Counted from the stretch's first letter, positions 25,593 to 33,573 are shown. The stretch: 33,702 nt of DNA from an uncultured Candidatus Saccharibacteria bacterium (GCA_964534095.1 CAZHPF010000001.1:1-33702); one strand, 5' to 3'. The notes: generated by a model not told the origin, from the sequence alone. Numbers and translations: made by a program.

Positions 25593-26170
25593 GCCGCACC
25601 TTTCAGGGCTTGTTTTACGCGATCTTCCGTTGACAGTTTGGGGTCTATACTCTGCAACGCCGCCTGCGCATCTATATCTGAGTAACCAAGTGATACGAGT
25701 GCTCGTAGGGCTTCGTCGTTTTGGTTTACTCCGGACCGATTAACCAGACCTTCTGCTGCGTCGCCAACTGGCGCACCAACTTTATCGCGCAGTTCTACTA
25801 CCATTTGTTCGGCCGCCCTTTTGCCAACGCCCTTCGCTGTCTGGAGTAGTTTCACATCGCCTCCTGCGATGGCGCTGCGTACTATTCCTGCCGGTCCAAT
25901 ATCCAGGACGGCCAGAGCAACCTTGGGGCCAACATTTTTGACTGAGAGCAGCTGCTCAAATAAACGTTTACTGTCTGGTGTCCGAAAACCGAACAAATCA
26001 TGCGTGTCTTCTTTGATATGTTCGTAGATATAGAGCTTAATGTCTTGCCCTAGCGTGAGTGCATTCTGGTCGGCAGTCGTTACTAATGCGCCATAGCCTA
26101 CACCTCCACAATCAACAATCACGAGCTGATTTGTTTTTTCAATAATTTCACCGCGTAGAATTGCAATCAT
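25589..26170 (-). CDS. ruvA: Holliday junction DNA-binding protein RuvA
   Basis: MIAILRGEI, an OB domain, two HhH motifs (LLSVKNVGPKVALAVL; LQTAKGVGKRAAEQMV) and C-terminal domain III (ALVSLGYS). Confidence 0.92.
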   Translation of the reverse strand: MIAILRGEIIEKTNQLVIVDCGGVGYGALVTTADQNALTLGQDIKLYIYEHIKEDTHDLFGFRTPDSKRLFEQLLSVKNVGPKVALAVLDIGPAGIVRSAIAGGDVKLLQTAKGVGKRAAEQMVVELRDKVGAPVGDAAEGLVNRSGVNQNDEALRALVSLGYSDIDAQAALQSIDPKLSTEDRVKQALKGAA

Positions 26171-26173
26171 AGG

Positions 26174-27100
26174 CTAAGCTTTTGGGGTTGTGGGCGGATG
26201 ATGAGGGCGTGTATGTTTTTTACTTACTTCTTGGGCAGTAATCATGGCATTACGCATTTGCTCGCCGAGATCAGTCATGCCTGATGGAGAATGTGGGATT
26301 AGGATAGTGTTGGAATTACCTGTCAGGCCGATATCTTTGAGCGTGTCAAAATACTGCGTCATCATGACCAGATTCATCACATCTTGCGCATTGGTGCCCT
26401 CAACAGAGTTACTAAAGTTTTCGACCGATTCACGCAGACCCTCTATGATAGCTTTACGCTGGTCAGCAATGCCCCGCCCTTGCAGCGCCTTACTTTCGGC
26501 TTCACCTTCTGCTGCCTTCACGACACGGATTTTGTCGGCTTCGGCTTGCTCAACTGCCGCAACGCGCAACCGCTGGGCGGCATTGATTTCGTTCATACTT
26601 TGCTTGACCTTAGCGTCAGGGTCAATATCAGTAACAAGCGCTTTGACTATACCGTAGCCGAAATCGTCCATGACCTGGTCAAGTTCTGTTTTGACTGCCG
26701 AAGCAATCTCATCCTTCATTTGGAATAGTTCGTCTAGGTTGATAGTCGGAACCCTGGCACGTACTGTATCAAATACAAACGAAGTAATTTGTTGCTGGGC
26801 GTTTTGCAAACGATAGAACGCATCAACGACTTTTTCCGGCAACACGTAGTACTGCACACTCACCACAACAAACACAAAGACGTTGTCTTTCGTTTTGGTT
26901 TCTACCCGAACGTCAAGCTGCTGCACGCGCAGGCTTAACCTGCCAGCAATCCTATCGATAAGCGGGATTTTGAAATTCAAGCCAGCTGACGAAACTTTTC
27001 TAAACTTTCCAAAGCGTTCAACGAGTGCCGCTGTTTGCTGTTTTACCGTAAACAGTCCTGTCAGCAAAATAATGACAGCAATGACGACCAAAATCCACAT
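26174..27100 (-). CDS. SPFH/band-7 (stomatin/flotillin-like) membrane protein
   Basis: N-terminal TM helix, then VKQQTAALVERFGKF and a band-7 core. The coiled-coil region is Ala/Glu-rich (AAQRLRVAAVEQAEADKIRVVKAAEGEAE). No NfeD partner gene is adjacent. Confidence 0.85.
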   Translation of the reverse strand: MWILVVIAVIILLTGLFTVKQQTAALVERFGKFRKVSSAGLNFKIPLIDRIAGRLSLRVQQLDVRVETKTKDNVFVFVVVSVQYYVLPEKVVDAFYRLQNAQQQITSFVFDTVRARVPTINLDELFQMKDEIASAVKTELDQVMDDFGYGIVKALVTDIDPDAKVKQSMNEINAAQRLRVAAVEQAEADKIRVVKAAEGEAESKALQGRGIADQRKAIIEGLRESVENFSNSVEGTNAQDVMNLVMMTQYFDTLKDIGLTGNSNTILIPHSPSGMTDLGEQMRNAMITAQEVSKKHTRPHHPPTTPKA

Positions 27101-27145
27101 AAACCCTCCGTTCTTTGTACTACCAGTATACCGACAGTACGGCTA

Positions 27146-27604
27146 TCAGGCAATTGTTAGTGCGGCGGCAAGCGCATCGGCACAGTCGTCTGGTTTTGGT
27201 ATATCCTTTAGGCCGAGATGTACACGCACCATTTCTTGCATCTGCGCTTTCGTAGCCCTTCCATAGCCTGTAATGGCCTGTTTTATCTGGAGCGGTGTTT
27301 TTTCAACTAGTCGTAGGTTGTGTTTCCTGCCAAGCAGTAACATCACGCCACGCGCATGACTTACGCTTATTGCTGTGGTGACATTTTGTGCGAAAAATAG
27401 CTGCTCCACCACCATAGCTTCTGGCTTGTGCTCCACGATAATCTGCTCTAGCTCATTATAAATAGTAAGTAACCGCTCCGAAAGCTCCTGGTTTACCGGT
27501 GTACGTATCACACCGGCATCAACAAGCGTTGGCTTGCCTTTTATGACATCAATAACCCCAAATCCTACGATACCTGTCCCCGGATCAATCCCTATTATTC
27601 TCAT
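27146..27604 (-). CDS. ruvC: Holliday junction resolvase RuvC
   Basis: MRIIGIDPGTGIVGFGVI, VVEQLFFAQN, ITGYGRATKAQ, DDCADALAAAL. These cover the catalytic D/E/D/D positions. Confidence 0.9.
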   Translation of the reverse strand: MRIIGIDPGTGIVGFGVIDVIKGKPTLVDAGVIRTPVNQELSERLLTIYNELEQIIVEHKPEAMVVEQLFFAQNVTTAISVSHARGVMLLLGRKHNLRLVEKTPLQIKQAITGYGRATKAQMQEMVRVHLGLKDIPKPDDCADALAAALTIA

Positions 27605-27655
27605 ACACCTAAAGCATAGCGCGTTCGCTACCCCTCGCCAACAGCACGAATGATA

Positions 27656-29305
27656 TTAACGCTTATGGCGAAGACGCATATATAGATTCAGCATGTCGTA
27701 ACGATACTCGTATAACGCGTAGCCGATAATTACACTAAGCACTGCTCCGATTATAAGAACATTAGATTTGTGGGATGATTGGTCTTCGTCCTGAGGCTGC
27801 GACGAAGCAGCAGCCGATAACACCTTTCTACAGCGGTTTGTTTCAGGATTACGCTCCTGCCCCTGCTGGCATTGTTTTAGAGTAGAAGCATCTGTTGCAT
27901 CGCTGCGACAGCGGTTAGTGGCCGGGTTACGTACCTGTCCTGGTTTGCAAGGTGTCAGTGCTGAAGACGCAGTAGTAACAAGGTTGCGGCAACGATTGGT
28001 TTCGGGGTTTCGGTACTTGCCTAGGCCGCATGAGCTTAATGAAGTCTTTACCTCAATAGTACGGCAGCGGTTAGTGGCCGGGTTACGATACTTTCCGGCC
28101 GGACAAGGATCGAGTGTTGCCCCCTTGACAAGCGCAGCCAACACCATGCTTGACTCAAGGTTAGGCTGATTGGGCGTTGGTCTATCGGTAAACTGCCATG
28201 TACCATCTATGAGCGCCCAAGCAATATTGTCTTTAGGATTGCTATACAGGTCAGAGTTGCTTACCACGTCACCCGTTGGAGCCACGAGCAGCAAACTTGC
28301 CGACGAGTTTGGAAGTGAAAAACCTACGTCTGTATCCGAAAAGGTCTGATACTGTCCGGCTGCAATCGTCCCGCTTATAAACGTGTAGGTTGCCGATGCG
28401 CTCGGTTCTAACTTAAGCTGATAGCCTGTCAATGCAACGCTATGATTATTGGGATTGTACAGCTCGATGAACTCGTTGCCTGTATCATAGCTGCTAGTGT
28501 TTGGTAGCAGTTCGCTAATAACCAATGTAACGCTTTCCAGAAGAGCAGTTGTACATTCACCAGTGCTGCTGTGTTGGTAGCCGTCAGGAACATCTTTCTG
28601 CAGTCCGTCCAAATTACTGCACATATCCTGCTGACAGCTTCCGTCCGTATCATACAGATATCCGTCCGGCAGTTCAGCTTGCACACCCAGTATATTGGGG
28701 CAGACGTCCACCGGAACTGTTTGTACGTATAAACCAGGGTTGGGCGAAATGACGAGTTCGGTCAGTACAAAATCAGCCGCGTCGTCACCGGTATCCTGTA
28801 GCGTGGAGACATCGATTGGCAGGCGCTGGTATATTTGTCCAGCAGGTGCTTTACTGACCCAAGTAAATTGGTCGCGCACCACACCATTTGCGTCTACTAG
28901 TGATAAAAATCCACCTCCGTCCGCCATGCCTCCGGAAAACCCAGTATTGGCTTGTGGGATAAACGGGATATCTGCGTGAGCCGCAATAAACTCATGCGAG
29001 GCAAACGTGGTATAGCTATAGCTCGCCAGCCATAGACGATCTGCAGGATTAGTCGGCACTATACAGCCGGGCTTTGATAGCGAGTCTTTGTAAAACAAAC
29101 ACCAGCCGGTAACATCAATGTCTGTATTGGTGTTGTTGTAAATCGATACGTATTCTTGGCTGGCTGCGTCTTCGGCACCGGTTTGTACCTGAGCAATAAC
29201 CACCTCGTTGCCCATCGTTGCGAACCCAGTCGCTGTGCCAGAACCACACAGTATGGCGAGGGTTGCAACAAACAGAGGTAACAGAAGTACCCGAATGATT
29301 TTCAT
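27656..29305 (-). CDS. Membrane-anchored surface protein: 2x lamin-tail domain (LTD), 2x CPN-type Cys module, 4x CxxGxxRNPxTNRCR repeat, C-terminal TM anchor
   Basis: Signal peptide at the N-terminus. LTD hallmarks are EYVSIYNNTNTDIDVTGWCL and NEFIELYNPNNHSVALTGYQL. The two Cys modules are VCPNILGVQAELPDGY...GSC and MCSNLDGLQKDVPDGY...GEC. Four basic Cys repeats occupy residues 401-493. TM helix VLIIGAVLSVIIGYALY is followed by a basic tail. Confidence 0.85.
   Translation of the reverse strand: MKIIRVLLLPLFVATLAILCGSGTATGFATMGNEVVIAQVQTGAEDAASQEYVSIYNNTNTDIDVTGWCLFYKDSLSKPGCIVPTNPADRLWLASYSYTTFASHEFIAAHADIPFIPQANTGFSGGMADGGGFLSLVDANGVVRDQFTWVSKAPAGQIYQRLPIDVSTLQDTGDDAADFVLTELVISPNPGLYVQTVPVDVCPNILGVQAELPDGYLYDTDGSCQQDMCSNLDGLQKDVPDGYQHSSTGECTTALLESVTLVISELLPNTSSYDTGNEFIELYNPNNHSVALTGYQLKLEPSASATYTFISGTIAAGQYQTFSDTDVGFSLPNSSASLLLVAPTGDVVSNSDLYSNPKDNIAWALIDGTWQFTDRPTPNQPNLESSMVLAALVKGATLDPCPAGKYRNPATNRCRTIEVKTSLSSCGLGKYRNPETNRCRNLVTTASSALTPCKPGQVRNPATNRCRSDATDASTLKQCQQGQERNPETNRCRKVLSAAASSQPQDEDQSSHKSNVLIIGAVLSVIIGYALYEYRYDMLNLYMRLRHKR
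27827..28105 (-). repeat. Four tandem, roughly 26-codon coding repeats (C-x2-G-x2-R-N-P-x-T-N-R-C-R)
   Basis: CPAGKYRNPATNRCR, CGLGKYRNPETNRCR, CKPGQVRNPATNRCR, CQQGQERNPETNRCR. An exact 23-nt match (cagcggttagtggccgggttacg on +) occurs at 27909-27931 and 28065-28087, linking repeats 3 and 1. Confidence 0.9.
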
Positions 29306-29311
29306 GCACCC

Positions 29312-29339
29312 ATCATAGTGCCCTCTGAATGTGTGTCAA
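29312..29339 (-). promoter_or_regulatory. Near-consensus promoter placed to give a leaderless mRNA for the LTD gene
   Basis: The minus strand reads TTGACA (29339-29334), a 16-nt spacer, TATGAT (29317-29312), then 6 nt (gggtgc) to the ATG at 29305. No SD. Confidence 0.55.
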
Positions 29340-29348
29340 GCATTTTCT

Positions 29349-29398
29349 AATCTCAGCTTTAAATCAGAGTTAAAGCTGAGTTAACTCTGAGATTTTTT
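29349..29398. promoter_or_regulatory. Interlocked, mutually exclusive hairpins: likely yebC terminator and/or operator upstream of the LTD promoter
   Basis: Hairpin A is 29352-29362 (ctcagctttaa) with 29370-29380 (ttaaagctgag), 11 bp. Hairpin C is 29365-29373 (cagagttaa) with 29381-29389 (ttaactctg), 9 bp, followed by agatttttt on +. An outer pairing joins 29349-29356 (aatctcag) with 29387-29394 (ctgagatt). A and C share nucleotides, so they cannot form together. Confidence 0.5.
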
Positions 29399-29420
29399 AC
29401 TGCGAACTGAGCAATCAAAC

Positions 29421-30146
29421 TTAACTCAATAGTCCGTCGGCAATATCAAAATTTACGTGTGTAGCCGTAACGTCGTCACACTCTTCGAGGGCGTCCATGA
29501 GCCGCATGATCTTTCCGGCTGTCGCCGCATCATTCACCTCAACAGTGTTGGTTGGTACATAAGTTAGTTCGGCATCGGTAACTTGCAGACCAGCGGCCAC
29601 CAAGGAGTCGCGTACGCTGGCAAGTTCTTTGGAGTTAGTGTACACAATCAGTTCATTGTCTTCCTCTACGACGTCTTCGGCACCGGCTTCCAGCACTTGC
29701 AGCATAGCGTCGTCACCGCTGGCGTTAAGCCGGATCATGCCTTTATGGTCAAACTGGAAAGCTACCGCTCCCTTTTCAGCAATGTTGCCCCCATGTTTAC
29801 TGAACGCCAGGCGAACTTCTGGATAGGTTCGATTGGTGTTGTCGGTTGCCACTTCAACCAGGATAGCCACACCGCCTGGGCCGTAGCCCTCGTAGAGTAT
29901 CTCTTGGAGCTGGGCAGCTGACTTATCGCTGACCCGGTCAATAGCGCGTTGGATATTGGCCATGGGCATATTGGCGGCTTTGGCTTTATCGATGGCCAAG
30001 CGCAGCCCGAAATTAGTCTCAGGGTCAGCTCCGCCGCGGGCGGCAACGGCAATCATGTTACCAAGCTTGGTAAAAACAGCTCCACGAGCAGCGTCTTTGA
30101 CGCCTTTCTGTCGTTTAATGGTTGACCATTTGCTATGACCCGACAT
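29421..30146 (-). CDS. yebC: YebC/PmpR-family DNA-binding regulator / translation-associated factor
   Basis: MSGHSKWSTIKRQKGVKDAARGAVFTKL, EILYEGYGPGGVAILVE. Collinear with the family over its full length. Confidence 0.93.
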   Translation of the reverse strand: MSGHSKWSTIKRQKGVKDAARGAVFTKLGNMIAVAARGGADPETNFGLRLAIDKAKAANMPMANIQRAIDRVSDKSAAQLQEILYEGYGPGGVAILVEVATDNTNRTYPEVRLAFSKHGGNIAEKGAVAFQFDHKGMIRLNASGDDAMLQVLEAGAEDVVEEDNELIVYTNSKELASVRDSLVAAGLQVTDAELTYVPTNTVEVNDAATAGKIMRLMDALEECDDVTATHVNFDIADGLLS

Positions 30147-30167
30147 GTATTCTCCTTTGATCGTCTG

Positions 30168-31634
30168 CTACTTCTTATCTGTTATTGTATCATTTTTGGT
30201 AATTGTTCGCCACAATATGAACGTTGCTAGGTCTATGCCTAGATATAAGATAATCATTACTTCTAGGGAGACGGGTTGCTCGATTAAGGCATGCGGCCAG
30301 CCTGCTAGAGTATGCGCGAGGTCAAGCATATAGGTAAGTATAAGGCGTGCTGGTGTTCCCACCCAGCCGCTGAGCGCTGGTGACACTGCGCCAGCAATAC
30401 CGGCCAGGAGGGTTGTGAGCATACCCAGCGGCACAAGCGGCACTACCAGCACATTGCTCAACAACCCTATAACCGATAGCCGGTGAAAGATATACATAAT
30501 GATTGGCAATGTCATCAGCTGCGCACAAAAACTTTCGATAACGAGTAGCGTTACTATGTTGGGCTGCCTGCCTATCTGCTCTAACCGCTTGACAATAAAC
30601 GGTGCTATCACCAGCACGCCGAAAAAAGCCAGAAACGACAGGTACCAGCCAATATCACTCCATAGATAGAGTGGATACCACCCCGCAGTGAGGGCAGCGG
30701 CGCACAGAATCAGCAGCACTGGACGAACTTTACGACCGTAGTACCATGCCCACAGGCCTATGATACTCACAATTGCAGCTCGTACGATAGAAGCTCCGAA
30801 TCCTGTAACAAGCAAAAAACTGCTAATCAAGGCCAGTGACCATATTGTCGCCTGGTACTTGGATCGCTTGCCTAGTTTGCGGCGGGTTATTTCTATGATG
30901 ACGGTAAGGTTGTAGCCAGACACAGCGATAATATGCGTCAGCCCGACCGTCGATAAATCGTCGCTAACTTGGTCGGGAAGCGAAGTTTTTTGACCAATCA
31001 GTATTCCAATACCAAACGAGGCCTGAGGTTCAGGCAAGGCATTGCGGATACCGGCACTAAATTTTAGGCGTAGTTTATCAAAGGCTGTCAGATGTCTGGT
31101 GGTTAGTGCAATAGAAGCGAAGCTTACGCCAGCCTGGCTTGAACCTCTTGTTTTGTAGAGCTTACCGGTTATGCGCAGTACGTCACCGCGAAACACGGCC
31201 GATGCTCCTCTGCCCTTTACGGTCAATTTGCCAGGCAACCGCTGCGGCGTAGGCGTAAGGACTTCTAAGGAATCGGCATCAAAGCTGATTTGTGCATTGT
31301 CGTATACTCCGTCGCTCTGAGCAATAACCTGTAGTGTGACTATTTGACCATACAGTCTGTCATACGCACTCAGTTTGTGCATGTAGACATTACCACGCCA
31401 ACATCCCACACATAGTCCCAGAACACACAACACCACACCTAGTACTTTTCGTCGTGTCCGCATCGTCGCGCACATAGCTAATACTAAAGCTACACATACA
31501 TATACCCAACTATCCCAGGCCGGTACTATGCGTGCGAGACCCAAGCCAACTAAGACACTTGCGAAAAACAGCGTCAGTAAGGTAGTGCGTTTGGTAGGGG
31601 GAGGATAAAAATAACGAGTCATTGCCGCAAGCAC
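30168..31634 (-). CDS. comEC: DNA internalisation channel ComEC/Rec2, short form (OB/DUF4131 + competence domain, no metallo-beta-lactamase domain)
   Basis: GTG at 31634 has GGAG 8 nt upstream; an alternative ATG is at 31622. N-terminal TM helices are followed by an OB-like segment (VTLQVIAQSDG...LTVKGRGASAVFRGDVLRITGKLY). A polytopic competence domain follows (GLTHIIAVSGYNLTVI, IVRAAIVSIIGLW). The protein ends at 488 aa. Confidence 0.85.
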   Translation of the reverse strand: MLAAMTRYFYPPPTKRTTLLTLFFASVLVGLGLARIVPAWDSWVYVCVALVLAMCATMRTRRKVLGVVLCVLGLCVGCWRGNVYMHKLSAYDRLYGQIVTLQVIAQSDGVYDNAQISFDADSLEVLTPTPQRLPGKLTVKGRGASAVFRGDVLRITGKLYKTRGSSQAGVSFASIALTTRHLTAFDKLRLKFSAGIRNALPEPQASFGIGILIGQKTSLPDQVSDDLSTVGLTHIIAVSGYNLTVIIEITRRKLGKRSKYQATIWSLALISSFLLVTGFGASIVRAAIVSIIGLWAWYYGRKVRPVLLILCAAALTAGWYPLYLWSDIGWYLSFLAFFGVLVIAPFIVKRLEQIGRQPNIVTLLVIESFCAQLMTLPIIMYIFHRLSVIGLLSNVLVVPLVPLGMLTTLLAGIAGAVSPALSGWVGTPARLILTYMLDLAHTLAGWPHALIEQPVSLEVMIILYLGIDLATFILWRTITKNDTITDKK

Positions 31635-31708
31635 AGTTATAGCTCCTGACTTGACGGCAGTCGGATTGGGCGTAAGTATAACCTAGAACATACTGTGTGT
31701 GAAGCACG

Positions 31709-32272
31709 TTAAGACACAACTGATTGTTGGGCGGTCATAAGCGCATAAAGTTTTTGAGTAGTATTGAGGTTTCGGATGGTCATGTGTTGGTACAGAGGCT
31801 GTGCGGACAGTTTGACCATGCTACTTTTAGTCAGGTCGCTGGTGTTGGCAGACCAGTATAGTACGCCCGGCTGATAGGCAAGCATCTCGATAGTCTCTTT
31901 GATACGTAACGTGTTAAGTAAATCTGGTGAGTCTATGCTGCGTTTGAGGAATATGACGTTGCATCGTTGGTCGGTAGCATTGAGCCATCTGCTCGGTAAG
32001 TGCTCGATAACTTGCTCCATCTGCTCACGGCTGCGTACCACTACCTTTGGTGTGAAGCCAAACTGCTCACCAAGACACCTCTCAATACGCAGCTCAAGCG
32101 CATCACCGTTTTGTTTATCTGTTTCAAACAATGCATTTCCGCTATTTATATAAGTACTGACATTCCGAAAACCTACCTTCTCAAAACAAGCTCTCAGCTC
32201 AGCCATCTTGATCAGGTTATTACCGCCGACATTGATACCGCGCAGCAGCGCCACATATATAGCCATACCCAA
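31709..32272 (-). CDS. DUF1697 family protein
   Basis: N-terminus YVALLRGINVGGNNLIKMAELRACFEKVGFRNVSTYINSGNALF is characteristic of DUF1697. Confidence 0.7.
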   Translation of the reverse strand: MGMAIYVALLRGINVGGNNLIKMAELRACFEKVGFRNVSTYINSGNALFETDKQNGDALELRIERCLGEQFGFTPKVVVRSREQMEQVIEHLPSRWLNATDQRCNVIFLKRSIDSPDLLNTLRIKETIEMLAYQPGVLYWSANTSDLTKSSMVKLSAQPLYQHMTIRNLNTTQKLYALMTAQQSVVS

Positions 32273-32284
32273 ATTGTAACAAAC

Positions 32285-32911
32285 TTAGAGTGATCCTATA
32301 GCCTGAGGAAGATCATCGGGCGTCCTGACTACGCGCTCTGGATGATGCGAGCGCAGTATTTTCTCGCCCGTAAACCCCCAGGTAACCGCGATCGAATGAA
32401 CCCCAACTCTACGCGCTGCGTCGATGTCGCGCGGTTCGTCGCCGATATAGGCAACTTGTTCGGCGTCGCAACCTACTTTCTTTTTTATACTACGGATTAT
32501 TTTGGGTTTCCCGAGTAGCCCGATGTCGCCATGAACTGAGTCAAAATAAGTGTCAAGGTGGTGTTTCTTCAAAAAGCGCTGAATGTTTTGCGGGCTATTA
32601 GAGCTTAGGATTACCAGATGATAGCCTGCTTGCTTGAGAGCCTTTAATACCTCCTGCATACCGTTAAATGGCTCAACCCTATCGATGCTTTTTTTAAGCA
32701 TGTGGCGACCTTTTATCACCAGGCTTGGAACTTTGAAAATACTAATGCCGAAATAGCTGAGAAGTTCGGCGTATGATTTGTTTTTTAGTTCCTGTATCTG
32801 CTGTTTGGTTAGTTTGCTTTTTTGCGGCACGAGTTTTTCGAACGCTTCCAGCACGATACCGAAACTATCGGCAAGCGTTCCATCAAAATCAAACAACACA
32901 AGTTTTACCAC
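32285..32911 (-). CDS. HAD-superfamily phosphatase (phosphoglycolate phosphatase-like)
   Basis: GTG start. Motif I is LFDFDGTLADS, motif II is ILSSNS, and motifs III/IV are KPK...YIGDEPRDIDAA. Confidence 0.8.
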   Translation of the reverse strand: MVKLVLFDFDGTLADSFGIVLEAFEKLVPQKSKLTKQQIQELKNKSYAELLSYFGISIFKVPSLVIKGRHMLKKSIDRVEPFNGMQEVLKALKQAGYHLVILSSNSPQNIQRFLKKHHLDTYFDSVHGDIGLLGKPKIIRSIKKKVGCDAEQVAYIGDEPRDIDAARRVGVHSIAVTWGFTGEKILRSHHPERVVRTPDDLPQAIGSL

Positions 32912-33009
32912 TTACTCATGATAACAGACCGGGATAGAGTTATCTTCACTAAACTGAAGCATTCCTTTATGTGTACGAAGCTTAGTGAGTTCCTCGCCTA
33001 CCGCTTCTA

Positions 33010-33573
33010 TTAGCCTTCGCTTCTAGCAAACTGCAAAACTTTGAATGGATTCCACCTGGGTGGCTTTTTGCCCATTTTTATAGCGTGCTCACGGAAACCG
33101 AGGAGTCCGGTAGCAAGCGCATCAGTCTTGACAAAAAACATTTTCCCCTCCGTTTGGTCTTCCATTGGAGCTATAACATCGGCTTCGTAACCTCGATCTA
33201 CAAACACATCGCGAGCCCTCTCGGCTGCGATTAAGGGGTCTCCTACGCGCAACATTGGCGCTCCGGTAGGATGGCCCATTTCTTCCCACACATCTGGACG
33301 GGTAACATTAAATATTGTATGCCCGTCAGACATCAGCGCGCGGATGGTTTTTTCATCAGTTATTTCATATTTTGGTTCTAAACCGTTTACTGTACATGCT
33401 TCTAATACAGCTTCCAGCGCCTCTATATCTGGGGTAGCATATACGCTGGATCCTTCGTCATGGACGGGGCTTCTCATAAATCCTCGCATAGCGGCTGCCC
33501 CAAGAACAGCTCCAGTTATTAACGCACCTGCTATCTCTGGCGCTCCAAAAGCAAGAATATCTCCATTAGCCAT
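33010..33573 (-). CDS. Hypothetical protein with a Gly/Ala-rich N-terminal hydrophobic segment
   Basis: 187-aa ORF. The N-terminus is AFGAPEIAGALITGAVLGAAAM. I recognise no family motif. Confidence 0.55.
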   Translation of the reverse strand: MANGDILAFGAPEIAGALITGAVLGAAAMRGFMRSPVHDEGSSVYATPDIEALEAVLEACTVNGLEPKYEITDEKTIRALMSDGHTIFNVTRPDVWEEMGHPTGAPMLRVGDPLIAAERARDVFVDRGYEADVIAPMEDQTEGKMFFVKTDALATGLLGFREHAIKMGKKPPRWNPFKVLQFARSEG

